Below are positions 1 to 12,361 of a DNA stretch of 64,000 nucleotides, piece after piece; the first letter of the stretch is position 1; every line of letters begins with the position of its first letter. The translations under genes and the position numbers were made by a program. The stretch covers positions 57,913 to 121,912 of the forward strand of contig CALXMY010000002.1 in assembly GCA_944389595.1 (NCBI GenBank), given 5' to 3'. The DNA comes from an uncultured Alphaproteobacteria bacterium. Its GTDB lineage: Bacteria; Pseudomonadota; Alphaproteobacteria; Rs-D84. The notes under the pieces were generated by a model. The model had not been told where the DNA came from. It worked only from the letters and a program-made list of their open reading frames with translations, and searched no databases.

Positions 1-151
1 AGTATACCTTTTTTTATATTTTGTCAAATTATTTCATCATTTTTATATTTTTTGTTTTTTAAGAGTATGTTCCTAAGTATCTTGAAATGTGATTTTTTTA
101 CTGCTAGAATCCGGTTGGTTAGTTGTTAAGTTAAATTAAAGAGTTTTATGA

Positions 152-958
152 ATGTATCAAACGTTTAGAAAGATTTGGAAAGGATTTTGGGAACCTGTTT
201 TGGGACTGGCTGTGTTTCAATGGATTATTGCCGGTGCCATGGCTTTGGCGATTTGGTTTGTTTATTTTACATGTCGTAAAAAAATTACAAATTGGGATGT
301 TTTTAAAAAATATCGCAGAAAACCGGCCATATTTATATTTTGGCATGGGCGCAGTATGATGTTGTCACCAATTGTATGTTTGGGTGGAATGCGGGCATAT
401 GCGGTTGCGTCACGGCATAAAGACGGCCGGATGATGGCAAAATTACAGCGATTGTTCGGATTAAAATCAATTTATGGCAGTACGTCTGATGGTGGAATTT
501 CTGTCCTGCGCGAAGGGGTGCGCATTTTGCGGCGTGGTGATTATTCCATGTGTATGTCGCCGGATGGGCCGGGTGGGCCGTCTTTGCGTGTCCAGGATGG
601 CGCGTTATATTTTGCCAAAATGACCGGGGCACCAATTATTCCGGTGTGTTATTCATCTTCGCGTGCATGGTTTCAAAAACGTTGGGACAGGTATTTAGTC
701 GCATTACCTTTTTCAAAAATAACGTGTAAAGTTGGGGAACCGATATTTATTGATTCAAAAATAAGTGCCACTGATTTTGAGGCTGTGCGTAAAAAAATAG
801 AGGACATAATGGTACAACAGGTTCGTGAAATGGACGGTGAATTTAATTTGTTCCAGGTGGAACAGGATTTGACATCCAGCGAATTTAAGAATAATTTGCG
901 CGCAGAAAGGGAATTAAAAAGAAATCGGAAAAAAGCAGCGCGTAAGCAGGGGGCGTAA
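152..958 (+). CDS. lysophospholipid-acyltransferase-like (DUF374-type) membrane protein, cotranscribed with lpxK
   Basis: 268-aa ORF with an N-terminal TM helix and a conserved FWHGR segment typical of the DUF374 proteins found next to kdtA/lpxK. Stop is 2 nt before the lpxK start. Confidence 0.4.
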   Translation: MYQTFRKIWKGFWEPVLGLAVFQWIIAGAMALAIWFVYFTCRKKITNWDVFKKYRRKPAIFIFWHGRSMMLSPIVCLGGMRAYAVASRHKDGRMMAKLQRLFGLKSIYGSTSDGGISVLREGVRILRRGDYSMCMSPDGPGGPSLRVQDGALYFAKMTGAPIIPVCYSSSRAWFQKRWDRYLVALPFSKITCKVGEPIFIDSKISATDFEAVRKKIEDIMVQQVREMDGEFNLFQVEQDLTSSEFKNNLRAERELKRNRKKAARKQGA

Positions 959-959
959 T

Positions 960-1874
960 ATGAAAACTCCATGGTGGTTTTTACATAAAACGCCGTTGGC
1001 ATTTTTATTGTTGCCTGTGTCATGGATTTATTATCTGATGGGGCGGGTGGTTTATTTGTTTCGAAAAATTGGCGCATACAAATCACGTCGTGATGTAATT
1101 TGCATTGGTAATATAATGGCCGGTGGTGTTGGTAAAACACCGATTGTTCGTGAAATTGCGAAATTTTTTGATGCCCCCGTGGTAATGCGTGGATATAAAA
1201 AAAGCGCAAAAACAGGAAATATCGGGGACGAAGCAATGATGTTGGCCCGATATGGGTTACAGGTACATGTGGGCAACAGAAAAAGTAATATTATTTTACT
1301 TAATCGGCAATCAGATGACAATTCACCAATTGTTATGGATGATGGTTTGCAAAATCCGAAAATAAAAAAAGATATATCAATACTGGTTTTTGACCAGGGT
1401 TTGGGATATGGAAATGGATTTTTATTGCCGGCGGGGCCATTACGTGAACCGCGTCGTGCCATGCGTCGGGCAGATGCGATAATTATAATACGCAGTGCAC
1501 ATCCGCGGCGTAATTTTGTTTTGCCAAATAATGTGCCTGTGTTTTATGCAACAAATAAAACAACTGTGCCATATGGAAAAAATGAAAAATTATTTGCATT
1601 TGCGGGTATTGGGTATCCAAAAAAATTTTTTGCCACATTGAACAATTTGGTTGGAAAAAAATCATTTCCGGATCATTATCAGTATAATATTGATGATTTA
1701 AATAAATTGAAAAAACTGGCGGCGCGGCGTGGCGCAAAGTTAATTACCACAGAAAAAGATTGGGTGCGTTTACCACCGGAATTTCGTGATGAAATCAAAT
1801 ATGCAGATTTAGATACTATTATTGATGACGATTTTTGGCCGTGGATAAAGGAGAAAATTAAATGCCAACATTAA
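960..1874 (+). CDS. lpxK: tetraacyldisaccharide 4'-kinase
   Basis: 304 aa. P-loop GNIMAGGVGKTP and overall LpxK architecture. Overlaps the lpxC start. Confidence 0.85.
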   Translation: MKTPWWFLHKTPLAFLLLPVSWIYYLMGRVVYLFRKIGAYKSRRDVICIGNIMAGGVGKTPIVREIAKFFDAPVVMRGYKKSAKTGNIGDEAMMLARYGLQVHVGNRKSNIILLNRQSDDNSPIVMDDGLQNPKIKKDISILVFDQGLGYGNGFLLPAGPLREPRRAMRRADAIIIIRSAHPRRNFVLPNNVPVFYATNKTTVPYGKNEKLFAFAGIGYPKKFFATLNNLVGKKSFPDHYQYNIDDLNKLKKLAARRGAKLITTEKDWVRLPPEFRDEIKYADLDTIIDDDFWPWIKEKIKCQH

Positions 1875-2797
1875 AACAGGCGGTTGAATTTAAAGGCAAG
1901 GGTATTCATTCTGGGGCACCGGTGAATATGCGTATTATGCCGTCTGATGTGCGCGGAATTTTTTTTAATCGAACCGATATAGTGGGCAGTGCACCGATTT
2001 CCGCCATGTACAATAATGTTAGTGAAACAAAAATGCGCAATACAACAATTGGCGATGTTAATGGCGCGCATGTGCAAACGATTGAACATTTAATGGCGGC
2101 GTTGTTTATGGCCGGAATTGACAGTGCAATTATTAATATTGATGGTCCCGAGACCCCGATTTTAGACGGCAGTGCCGCGCAATTTTATAATGCACTGGTT
2201 ATGGCGGGGCGAACATCGGGCACAATGAAAAAAATTGTTGTGCGCAAACCTGTTATTGCGCGTGCCGCCGAATTGCGTCGCGGAATGCCAATATTTACAC
2301 GTATAAAATGGTGGTTGATAAATACCGTGTCTGGGCGTAAAAGTAATGGTTATGTTAAATTGGAACCAAATGATGCAAATGCGCTGGAAATAACGGCTAC
2401 ATTGATTTATCCGGAAAAAATAATTGGGCACCAGACGTATACATATTCATTTGATGGCACAAAAAAATCTGTTGATGATTTTGTGAAAAATATTGCACGG
2501 GCACGTACGTTTGGAAAATATTCCGAATGGGAATATTTAAAAGCACATGGAATGGCGCGTGGTGCCGATGAAACAAATGTTATTGCGTTGAATAATTCCG
2601 GAAATGGCACATTGAATAAAACAATATGGGGTGATGAATTTGTTCGGCACAAGATAATTGATGCAATTGGCGATATGTTTACATCTGGTGGATTTGTTGT
2701 TGGAAAATTAGAATCCTTTAAGGGCAGTCATGCGTTAAATAACCTGGTGTTGAAAAAATTGTTTAGTGATGCGTCAAATTATGATATAATAGATTAA
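1862..2797 (+). CDS. lpxC: UDP-3-O-acyl-N-acetylglucosamine deacetylase
   Basis: 311 aa. KGIHSG near the N-terminus and the RHKIIDAIGDMF zinc/catalytic motif characteristic of LpxC. Confidence 0.9.
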   Translation: MPTLKQAVEFKGKGIHSGAPVNMRIMPSDVRGIFFNRTDIVGSAPISAMYNNVSETKMRNTTIGDVNGAHVQTIEHLMAALFMAGIDSAIINIDGPETPILDGSAAQFYNALVMAGRTSGTMKKIVVRKPVIARAAELRRGMPIFTRIKWWLINTVSGRKSNGYVKLEPNDANALEITATLIYPEKIIGHQTYTYSFDGTKKSVDDFVKNIARARTFGKYSEWEYLKAHGMARGADETNVIALNNSGNGTLNKTIWGDEFVRHKIIDAIGDMFTSGGFVVGKLESFKGSHALNNLVLKKLFSDASNYDIID

Positions 2798-2814
2798 AAG
2801 TAATATAACACAGG

Positions 2815-3264
2815 ATGTTTGACATGAAAAAGACACTTGTTTTTTGTTCGTTGTTTCTGGCGTTGGTGGCGTGCGGGGGCATGATAAAAAATCAAAACGG
2901 CAGTCAGTATTTAACACAATTGGATGCCGAACCAATTGGATGCACTTTTTTATACAAAATTGAATCCGAGGTTTCGGTATACGATGTTGATGATGCGCGT
3001 GTTTATTTGGAAAACAGAATTGTTGACCAGGCGCGACCAGGAAACGCGTATTGGATTACCAGCCAACGTACGCGGCCGAATGAATGGGTAATATTTGGAC
3101 CGGAACGGACATTTGTTTTGGTGGCAAATGTTTATGATTGCCCACACCCGAACAGTGTTCGCACGGCCAAGGATGGTGGCAGCAGTATCGCCGCAACACC
3201 GGTGTTGGTGGAACATCAGATAAATTGTGTCGATAATATGTATGGCGGTATGGGCGGATGTTAA
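2815..3264 (+). CDS. hypothetical lipoprotein
   Basis: Signal peptide with lipobox LVACGG (likely start at MKKTL, codon 4). No recognisable domain. Confidence 0.5.
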   Translation: MFDMKKTLVFCSLFLALVACGGMIKNQNGSQYLTQLDAEPIGCTFLYKIESEVSVYDVDDARVYLENRIVDQARPGNAYWITSQRTRPNEWVIFGPERTFVLVANVYDCPHPNSVRTAKDGGSSIAATPVLVEHQINCVDNMYGGMGGC

Positions 3265-3287
3265 ATATAACACACGTTTGTGTTTTT

Positions 3288-3316
3288 CCCGTCACAAAAA
3301 TGTGACGGGTTTTTTG
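3288..3316 (+). terminator. rho-independent terminator after the lipoprotein gene
   Basis: Perfect hairpin CCCGTCACA-aaaa-TGTGACGGG followed by TTTTTTG. Confidence 0.7.
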
Positions 3317-3386
3317 TTTGCAATCTGTGTTTGCCAAAGACAATTATTTTATGTTATAATTACATAGTAACAGGTAGCGAGGGATT

Positions 3387-4649
3387 TTGTCTGGGCAATT
3401 TATTAATATTGACAGGAAAAAATATGCTGTTGGTTTGTTTTGGCAGCCAACGGGTGCGGGCTATGTTGCGCGGGCATATGCACGTGCATTGGCGCGCAGT
3501 GTTGATAGAAAATTAAACCTGTATACAGAATATCGTGCAATGGTTGGTTTGGGTTCCAAACGGTTTGGGCACCGTATCGGAATGGACAGTTGTGCCGCCG
3601 CGGTTACCGATGCATTGGGTGAATATTCTTCTTTTTTGGCGGTTTTTGCCGTGGACAAGGTTTTTTATCTGGTTGCGGTGCGTAATGGCGTTATTTTAGA
3701 AGATAAATTGTTCGAAAAAGAAGATGACGCGCGCAGCGAATATTTCAAGTTGTCCGAGATACCTGATTGGGGGGCTTTATTTGCGCCGGGCGCATGGGGT
3801 ATGCCGCGTGCCGTTGAACGTAATTTATCTGATTTGGTTTCGCGTGCGCCGCGCGCAACATTGCGTCCAATCAGTCGTGTTCGTGCGGGTATAATATCAT
3901 GTGTGATATTTATTATATTTGCCGCGGTAATGTTATGGTTTTTTCGTGAACCGTTGCATCAAATGTCTATGCCGCAACCCGAAAATTCACAGGTCAGTCC
4001 GGAAATCGCCGCGGAATATGCCCGTCAAATTGATGTGGTGAACAAGGAACTGGACGCAGAGTTTGAAATTGAACGTGCGCCACAACCGGAACCAATCGTT
4101 TTACCATATGAATATTTGCCGGATCCAACGCGTCGCGCCCAGGTTTGTTTCCAGGCAATTGCATTTTTAATGCAGCCAATTACCGGGTGGAACCAGGTTT
4201 CGGCAGAATGCGGGGAAACGCATGCCAGTGTTATATTTAATCGCAGTTTTGGAACTTTGGATGGTTTTTATTCGATTGCAACAAATTTAATGCCCGGCTC
4301 GTTTGTTCAACAGGAATCAGACAACAGTTTATATGTGCGTGCAACGTTGCCGGATGTACCGGTGCAGGCATCGTTGGATGAACGTGATGTTGAAACATTG
4401 GCGCGTGCCGTGTTAACCGCTTTTCAGGATGCAAATATGCCTGTTGATGTTCAAATGGTTACAGATACATTAACAAATGGTGTTGATACGATTAATCTGG
4501 ATATAGTAGAGGTTGGGGCACAATCTAAATTGGCACCGGAACAATTTATGAAGATTTTTGATGATTTTGGCGGGGTGTATATGACGCGTTGCGCGTGGGA
4601 TGCATCAACACGTAACTGGAACTATGAGGTGATAATCTATGCAAAATAA
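3387..4649 (+). CDS. bitopic assembly protein of a type IV filament system (GspL/BfpC/PilO-like: cytoplasmic domain, one TM helix, periplasmic domain)
   Basis: 420-aa ORF. A cytoplasmic N-terminal region of about 170 aa, a single TM segment IISCVIFIIFAAVMLWFF, then a periplasmic C-terminal region of about 230 aa. It is the first gene of a tightly overlapping operon with a GspE-type ATPase and a GspF-type platform. The start codon is uncertain: TTG at 3387 with GAGGGA just upstream. Confidence 0.35.
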   Translation: MSGQFINIDRKKYAVGLFWQPTGAGYVARAYARALARSVDRKLNLYTEYRAMVGLGSKRFGHRIGMDSCAAAVTDALGEYSSFLAVFAVDKVFYLVAVRNGVILEDKLFEKEDDARSEYFKLSEIPDWGALFAPGAWGMPRAVERNLSDLVSRAPRATLRPISRVRAGIISCVIFIIFAAVMLWFFREPLHQMSMPQPENSQVSPEIAAEYARQIDVVNKELDAEFEIERAPQPEPIVLPYEYLPDPTRRAQVCFQAIAFLMQPITGWNQVSAECGETHASVIFNRSFGTLDGFYSIATNLMPGSFVQQESDNSLYVRATLPDVPVQASLDERDVETLARAVLTAFQDANMPVDVQMVTDTLTNGVDTINLDIVEVGAQSKLAPEQFMKIFDDFGGVYMTRCAWDASTRNWNYEVIIYAK

Positions 4650-5346
4650 AATTAAATTTTTGCCGTTATATTTGTTTGCTGTATTGATGTTTTTACCCGC
4701 GGCATATGCGGCGGATGAATCTGTTCAAGCAGCGCAGATAACCGATGCGGATATTGCCGCCGAAATGGAAAGCGTGTCGGCGGATGCGGTGGCGGATTAT
4801 AATCCGGATGGTTCCGTGTTTCAGCAGATTACCGATTTGGAACAAGAAAAGGTTTTAATGGAATTGGAAAAAGAACGCGCGCAATTGGATTTAGAGTTAG
4901 ACAGATTGGCGGCCGAAAAAATAAAATTACACATGGAAATTGATGAATTGTCCGGGCGCGCCGAACAACAACAACAGGAATTGCAAAATGCCCAGGCTAA
5001 ATTAGAAACCGAGGCCGCGCGTTTGGAACGCGAAAAAGAAGCACTAGAGGCGCAAACCCAGGAATTGGCCGCACGCAGTGCCGCGTATGTTAATACAAAT
5101 GCGTCCGGCGATGATTCTGCTGGGGCCATGATTAATTTTAATTCGCAATACAGATTGGTTAATGTAATTGGTGCAGGTGCACAGTTACAGGCAACGATTG
5201 AAAATCTGGATACTGGACAAAACAGAAATATCAGTGTTGGCAAAGTAATTGATGGGTATACCGTGCAATCAATTTCGTTGGATGACGGGGTTGTGTTTAC
5301 CAATGGCGAAGACACACAGACATTGAATATTATCAGATCCATGTAG
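4639..5346 (+). CDS. periplasmic coiled-coil protein with N-terminal signal/anchor (GspM/PilP-like position)
   Basis: 235 aa. Hydrophobic N-terminus LPLYLFAVLMFLPAAYA followed by a long heptad-like Glu/Leu/Ala-rich stretch. Overlaps the upstream gene by 11 nt and precedes the ATPase by 10 nt. Confidence 0.3.
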   Translation: MQNKIKFLPLYLFAVLMFLPAAYAADESVQAAQITDADIAAEMESVSADAVADYNPDGSVFQQITDLEQEKVLMELEKERAQLDLELDRLAAEKIKLHMEIDELSGRAEQQQQELQNAQAKLETEAARLEREKEALEAQTQELAARSAAYVNTNASGDDSAGAMINFNSQYRLVNVIGAGAQLQATIENLDTGQNRNISVGKVIDGYTVQSISLDDGVVFTNGEDTQTLNIIRSM

Positions 5347-5356
5347 GGCATATGTC

Positions 5357-6994
5357 ATGAACGATGCGGAAAACAATATTTTAAATAATGTGCCAGTTGC
5401 ACAAAAAACATCAATACCGGCCGGATTGGAAACCGCCGATAACAAAGATATTGTGGATTATTTGTTTTCCAATGGAAATCGTTTATTAACAGCGACCGGT
5501 GCCGAACAAGAATTACCAAAAGATACCCAGGGATTAATAGCATATTTTTCCGGGGGGGAAATAATAATATCGCGAACACATCGGTATGATGGACGTGTGT
5601 TGGCTTTTATTGATTTGTTAAAAAAACGTGCGCGTCCAATGTGTATTCCGTTTTATTCTGATTTGGGTTTGGTGTCCAGCATATACAAGGCATATGAAAA
5701 TCGTTTGGGTGGAATCACACGTTCACGCCAGGATTACGACAACCAAATGCAAAAGGATTTTGTCGATATAATTGCCAAGGCGGCCGCACAAAAAGTATCT
5801 GATATTCATATAGAGGTTGCAGACCAAACAACCATTTATTTCCGTATTGATGGCAGTATGCAACCTGTGTTGGAATATAATTCCGGGTGGGGCGAATCAT
5901 TTGTGCGTGCGGCGTTTGCGTCGTCTGATATGTCGAATGCAAACTATGCGCAAAATGAATATCAATTTGCACAAAAAGATGGGCGCACACCATTGCGTGG
6001 AACCAAGGATTTATATCTGCCGCGTGGAATTTTAAGTATTCGTATGCAATTTAATCCGATTGCGTTTGGCAGTCGTTATGTTGTTATGCGTTTATTGTAT
6101 GATAACCCGTCCGAAGGTATAAAAACAGAACAGGAATTTGGTGAATACGAACAAAAATTATTAATGCGTTTGCGTTCTTTCCCAACGGGGTTGGTTATTG
6201 TTGCCGGTCCAACCAGTTCCGGAAAATCCACCACTTTGGTGCGTAATATGTCATTGATGTTAAAAGAGCATCATTATGAAATAAATATGATAACAGTAGA
6301 GGATCCGGTTGAGCAAAAAATATTCGGCGCACATCAAATGCCCGTGGTTAACACAATGAACGAAGAACAACGCGAAGCAAAATATACCGAGGCATTGGCC
6401 GCCGCATTGCGCAGTGACCCTGATACGTTGATGGTGGGTGAAATTCGTACATTGGCCGCGGCACAGTTAACTGTGCGTGGGGCATTGTCGGGGCATAATG
6501 TTTGGACCACGTTGCACGCCAATTCGGCAATGTCTGCGCTGACGCGATTGTTGGATTTGGGTATCGAAGCGTTCAAGTTAAAAGAAGAAACATTGATGCG
6601 TGGATTAATTTCTATGCGTTTGTTTAAAAGGTTATGTCCGCATTGTCGTGAACGTTTGATTGAACATCCTGAATCACCGGAATATGGCCGTGTTATGGAT
6701 GCATTTGGTGAATTGGGGCTGCGCCAGGTATATATTCGTGGTGCCGGATGCGAGGAGTGCAAAGGTACCGGTACATTGGGGCGTATCAAGGCGGGTGAAA
6801 TAATTATCACAAACAGCGAATTTTTACGCATGGCATTATCGGGCAATACCGATGGTGCATATAAATATTGGTTAGAGGATATGGACGGGCGTACATTAAA
6901 AGAAGCCGCCACATCACTGATGTTGCAGGGTATTATCGGTGTTGATGAATTAGAACGCTGGGTTGGATTGCTGGACAGACCGGGGGTGTATTGA
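5357..6994 (+). CDS. type II secretion / type IV pilus assembly ATPase (GspE/PilB/BfpD family)
   Basis: 545 aa. Walker A GPTSSGKST, Asp box, His box TTLHANSA and a C-terminal tetracysteine zinc motif CPHCRE...CEECKGTG. The zinc motif is typical of assembly ATPases rather than retraction ATPases. Confidence 0.8.
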   Translation: MNDAENNILNNVPVAQKTSIPAGLETADNKDIVDYLFSNGNRLLTATGAEQELPKDTQGLIAYFSGGEIIISRTHRYDGRVLAFIDLLKKRARPMCIPFYSDLGLVSSIYKAYENRLGGITRSRQDYDNQMQKDFVDIIAKAAAQKVSDIHIEVADQTTIYFRIDGSMQPVLEYNSGWGESFVRAAFASSDMSNANYAQNEYQFAQKDGRTPLRGTKDLYLPRGILSIRMQFNPIAFGSRYVVMRLLYDNPSEGIKTEQEFGEYEQKLLMRLRSFPTGLVIVAGPTSSGKSTTLVRNMSLMLKEHHYEINMITVEDPVEQKIFGAHQMPVVNTMNEEQREAKYTEALAAALRSDPDTLMVGEIRTLAAAQLTVRGALSGHNVWTTLHANSAMSALTRLLDLGIEAFKLKEETLMRGLISMRLFKRLCPHCRERLIEHPESPEYGRVMDAFGELGLRQVYIRGAGCEECKGTGTLGRIKAGEIIITNSEFLRMALSGNTDGAYKYWLEDMDGRTLKEAATSLMLQGIIGVDELERWVGLLDRPGVY

Positions 6995-8069
6995 TATGAC
7001 AACCAAAATGGATTTGTGGTATGCAAAACTGGTCTTTCGCATGGATACGGAAAAACGTATGGCCACGGCGCGGAAATTGGCATCGTTGTTGCGTAATGAT
7101 TTTACTTTGATGGATGCGTTGGGACGGCTGGAATCAATTGAATCGCATGGCGGAAAAAAGCCGAACGAGCCATTTGCAATTGTTATGCGCGAATGGCAAA
7201 AGAATCTGGAACGCGGAATGAGTTTTTCTGATGCAACGCGCGGATGGGTTCCACCCGAAGAAACATTGTTGGTAACATCGGGAAATTTGTCTGATTTGGT
7301 TGTTGCATTGGAAAATGTCAGTCGTGTTGTTGATGGTACAACGCGCATCAGACGCGCCATGACCAGCGCAATTGCATATCCACTGTTTTTGTTATTGTTA
7401 ACATTTGGCATAATTATGATGGTGGGAATTTATTTGGTGCCACCATTGGCCGATATTGCAGGGGACAATGTGATTTGGCGTGGAATGGCGGCATCGCTGA
7501 TATGGTTGTCCGAATTTTCAATAAAATACTGGTATGTAATATTGGGTGGGTTTGCTGCATTAATTGCAATTATTTGGTTCAGTTTGCCAAATTGGACGGG
7601 GCGCATGCGGACACTGTTTGATAAATTGCCGCCGTGGAATGTGTATAAAATTCAAATGTCGGTTGGATGGTTAATGAGTTTGTCGGCAATGGTTGCCGCC
7701 GGAATTACAATACCAGATGCAATGCGTATGTTGGCCGACAGTTCAAATAAATATTTGCGCAATATTTTGGAAGATACGTTGCATTATATTGCAAATGGTG
7801 CAAATTTGGGAAACGCATTGAATAATACGGGACGCGATTTCCCAAGTACTGAAATAATTGGTGATTTGGCAATATATGCCGATATGACGGGGTTTGATGA
7901 AAATTTGTCACGGGTGGCAAATGATTATTTAGAAGAATCTGTGCGTAAAATGGAATCTGTGTCAAATGTATTGAACAGTGCTGGTATTTTATTGGTGTCT
8001 GCGATAATTGCATGGGTGGTATTGGGAACCTTTCAGATGCAGGATCAAATTACATCAGCACTGACATAA
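6963..8069 (+). CDS. type IV filament inner-membrane platform protein (GspF/PilC family)
   Basis: 368 aa. Two T2SS-F-like repeats and three predicted TM helices. The likely true start is MTTKMDLW at about 6996, just after the ATPase stop. Confidence 0.6.
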   Translation: MDCWTDRGCIDMTTKMDLWYAKLVFRMDTEKRMATARKLASLLRNDFTLMDALGRLESIESHGGKKPNEPFAIVMREWQKNLERGMSFSDATRGWVPPEETLLVTSGNLSDLVVALENVSRVVDGTTRIRRAMTSAIAYPLFLLLLTFGIIMMVGIYLVPPLADIAGDNVIWRGMAASLIWLSEFSIKYWYVILGGFAALIAIIWFSLPNWTGRMRTLFDKLPPWNVYKIQMSVGWLMSLSAMVAAGITIPDAMRMLADSSNKYLRNILEDTLHYIANGANLGNALNNTGRDFPSTEIIGDLAIYADMTGFDENLSRVANDYLEESVRKMESVSNVLNSAGILLVSAIIAWVVLGTFQMQDQITSALT

Positions 8070-8094
8070 CGCTTATTCATTAGGTATAATTTAT

Positions 8095-8118
8095 GCGCGC
8101 CGGTTGGCGCGCTGTTTT
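8095..8118 (+). terminator. rho-independent terminator after the platform gene
   Basis: GCGCGCC-ggtt-GGCGCGC hairpin followed by TGTTTT. Confidence 0.65.
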
Positions 8119-8136
8119 ATAAATAACAGGTAACAA

Positions 8137-8706
8137 TTATACCATAAACGGCAGATTTTCCAATGTTCCTTCGGCAACACGGACATTTATGTCCAACATC
8201 ATAAATATTGTATCCGGTGTATGCAGCATATTTTGATTAAATATTTCTGTGGACAGCAAGTGACTGGTATTAACGGATAATCTTGTTATTAAATGATCGT
8301 CGTCCAGCAATGTATAAATTGGGCCAATATTGCGTGGTGTATTTTCACCAATTTCATGTTCGTTTTGTGGGCAACGCAATCCATCCAATATCGTTTTTAC
8401 CCGATTATCAATATCGCTGTGTGGCAGCCCCACAATTTCAGGATGCATCATTTGAATATCTATTTCTGCCAATAATTTTAAATTTGGGGTGATTATTGGG
8501 TTCCAATCGATACCACCAACATGACGCGTGGTAATTGGGCTTTTGGTTGCCGCGGGTAACATATACTGGGTCATGTTATTCCATGGCTGGTGTTCCAATA
8601 ATTTTTTTAATTGGGGGTGAAATTGCATACGGATATCAGATATATGTTGTGACCGTTTTTTTGGATTAATTAAAATTTCACCAAAATACAATAATTTAAA
8701 TTTCAT
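8137..8706 (-). CDS. hypothetical protein
   Basis: 189-aa ORF with no recognisable motif. Sits 4 nt downstream of the next minus-strand gene. Confidence 0.4.
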   Translation of the reverse strand: MKFKLLYFGEILINPKKRSQHISDIRMQFHPQLKKLLEHQPWNNMTQYMLPAATKSPITTRHVGGIDWNPIITPNLKLLAEIDIQMMHPEIVGLPHSDIDNRVKTILDGLRCPQNEHEIGENTPRNIGPIYTLLDDDHLITRLSVNTSHLLSTEIFNQNMLHTPDTIFMMLDINVRVAEGTLENLPFMV

Positions 8707-8710
8707 GGTA

Positions 8711-11671
<2,961 letters not shown>

Positions 11672-11689
11672 TGTAAATGGAAACAAAAT

Positions 11690-12358
11690 ATGGATACAGG
11701 GCGTTTTTCCGATGCAAGTTATTTGTTAAAGGCAAAAGCAAAACTTGCCGGTAAAATTATAAAAATTCCTGGAATTGATGCAGAAAATTTTCCTGTCAGG
11801 AACAGTCTTTTGGGGATTGTTCCACAGGGAAAGATTTTTTTATCTGATGAAGTGGCAGAATTTTTATTCGCTGTTGATGATGCAAGTAAAGAAGTGGGCT
11901 ATGAAATCCCGTTCCTGTTATTTGGTAAAAACCAAGGACAAAATGTTATTATAGATAATTATGTTTCGTCGGGTATAAGCGAAAGGACCGAAGCAAGATT
12001 TTCAGAGCTTAACTCTTATTTGCAAGATTTTATATCAAAATCAAAAAAGGATGGAACAGATGTCGTTGTACATGGGCATTCACATCCAAAAACAGGAAGT
12101 TATTATACGAATTTTTCCTTGGGTGATATGAAGACGTATATGCAGTTTCGTAAAGACAATCAGGTTTTTGATAATAATAATATTTGTTTGATTTCTTGCC
12201 TGGTTGCAGATGGTAATTTTAATTTTCTGTTTTATGATGGAAATGATTATTATAAATTTAACGATGTTTATGAACGAATGCCTTCGGGTGAAATTAAACG
12301 ATTAAAATGTTATCAAAGTCCAGATGTTATTATAAATCGTGGCAGGGAATATAGATAA
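11690..12358 (+). CDS. hypothetical protein with possible JAB/MPN (JAMM-like) metalloprotease motif
   Basis: 222 aa. VVHGHSHPKTGSYYTNFSLGD resembles the JAMM H-x-H-x(n)-S-x-x-D core seen in Rpn11, AMSH and RadC, with a slightly longer spacer. A candidate upstream Glu is in EVGYEIPF. Confidence 0.3.
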   Translation: MDTGRFSDASYLLKAKAKLAGKIIKIPGIDAENFPVRNSLLGIVPQGKIFLSDEVAEFLFAVDDASKEVGYEIPFLLFGKNQGQNVIIDNYVSSGISERTEARFSELNSYLQDFISKSKKDGTDVVVHGHSHPKTGSYYTNFSLGDMKTYMQFRKDNQVFDNNNICLISCLVADGNFNFLFYDGNDYYKFNDVYERMPSGEIKRLKCYQSPDVIINRGREYR

Positions 12359-12361
12359 AAT

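Noticed and set aside
333-1236. Minus-strand ORFs of 100 and 187 aa antisense to the LPLAT-like gene and lpxK
   Set aside because: They are fully embedded antisense to well-supported genes. They have low-complexity, Cys/His-rich translations typical of shadow frames and no RBS context.
3280-3516. 78-aa ORF with an ATG start overlapping the 5' end of the first type-IV-filament gene
   Set aside because: It is out of frame with the long conserved ORF. The 420-aa frame continues for 1.2 kb with a coherent TM and periplasmic architecture, so an alternative (TTG) start is more likely.
6334-7083. 249-aa minus-strand ORF antisense to the GspE-type ATPase
   Set aside because: It is a shadow ORF inside a high-confidence ATPase gene. 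Its composition (Pro/Ser/Asn-rich) is not protein-like.
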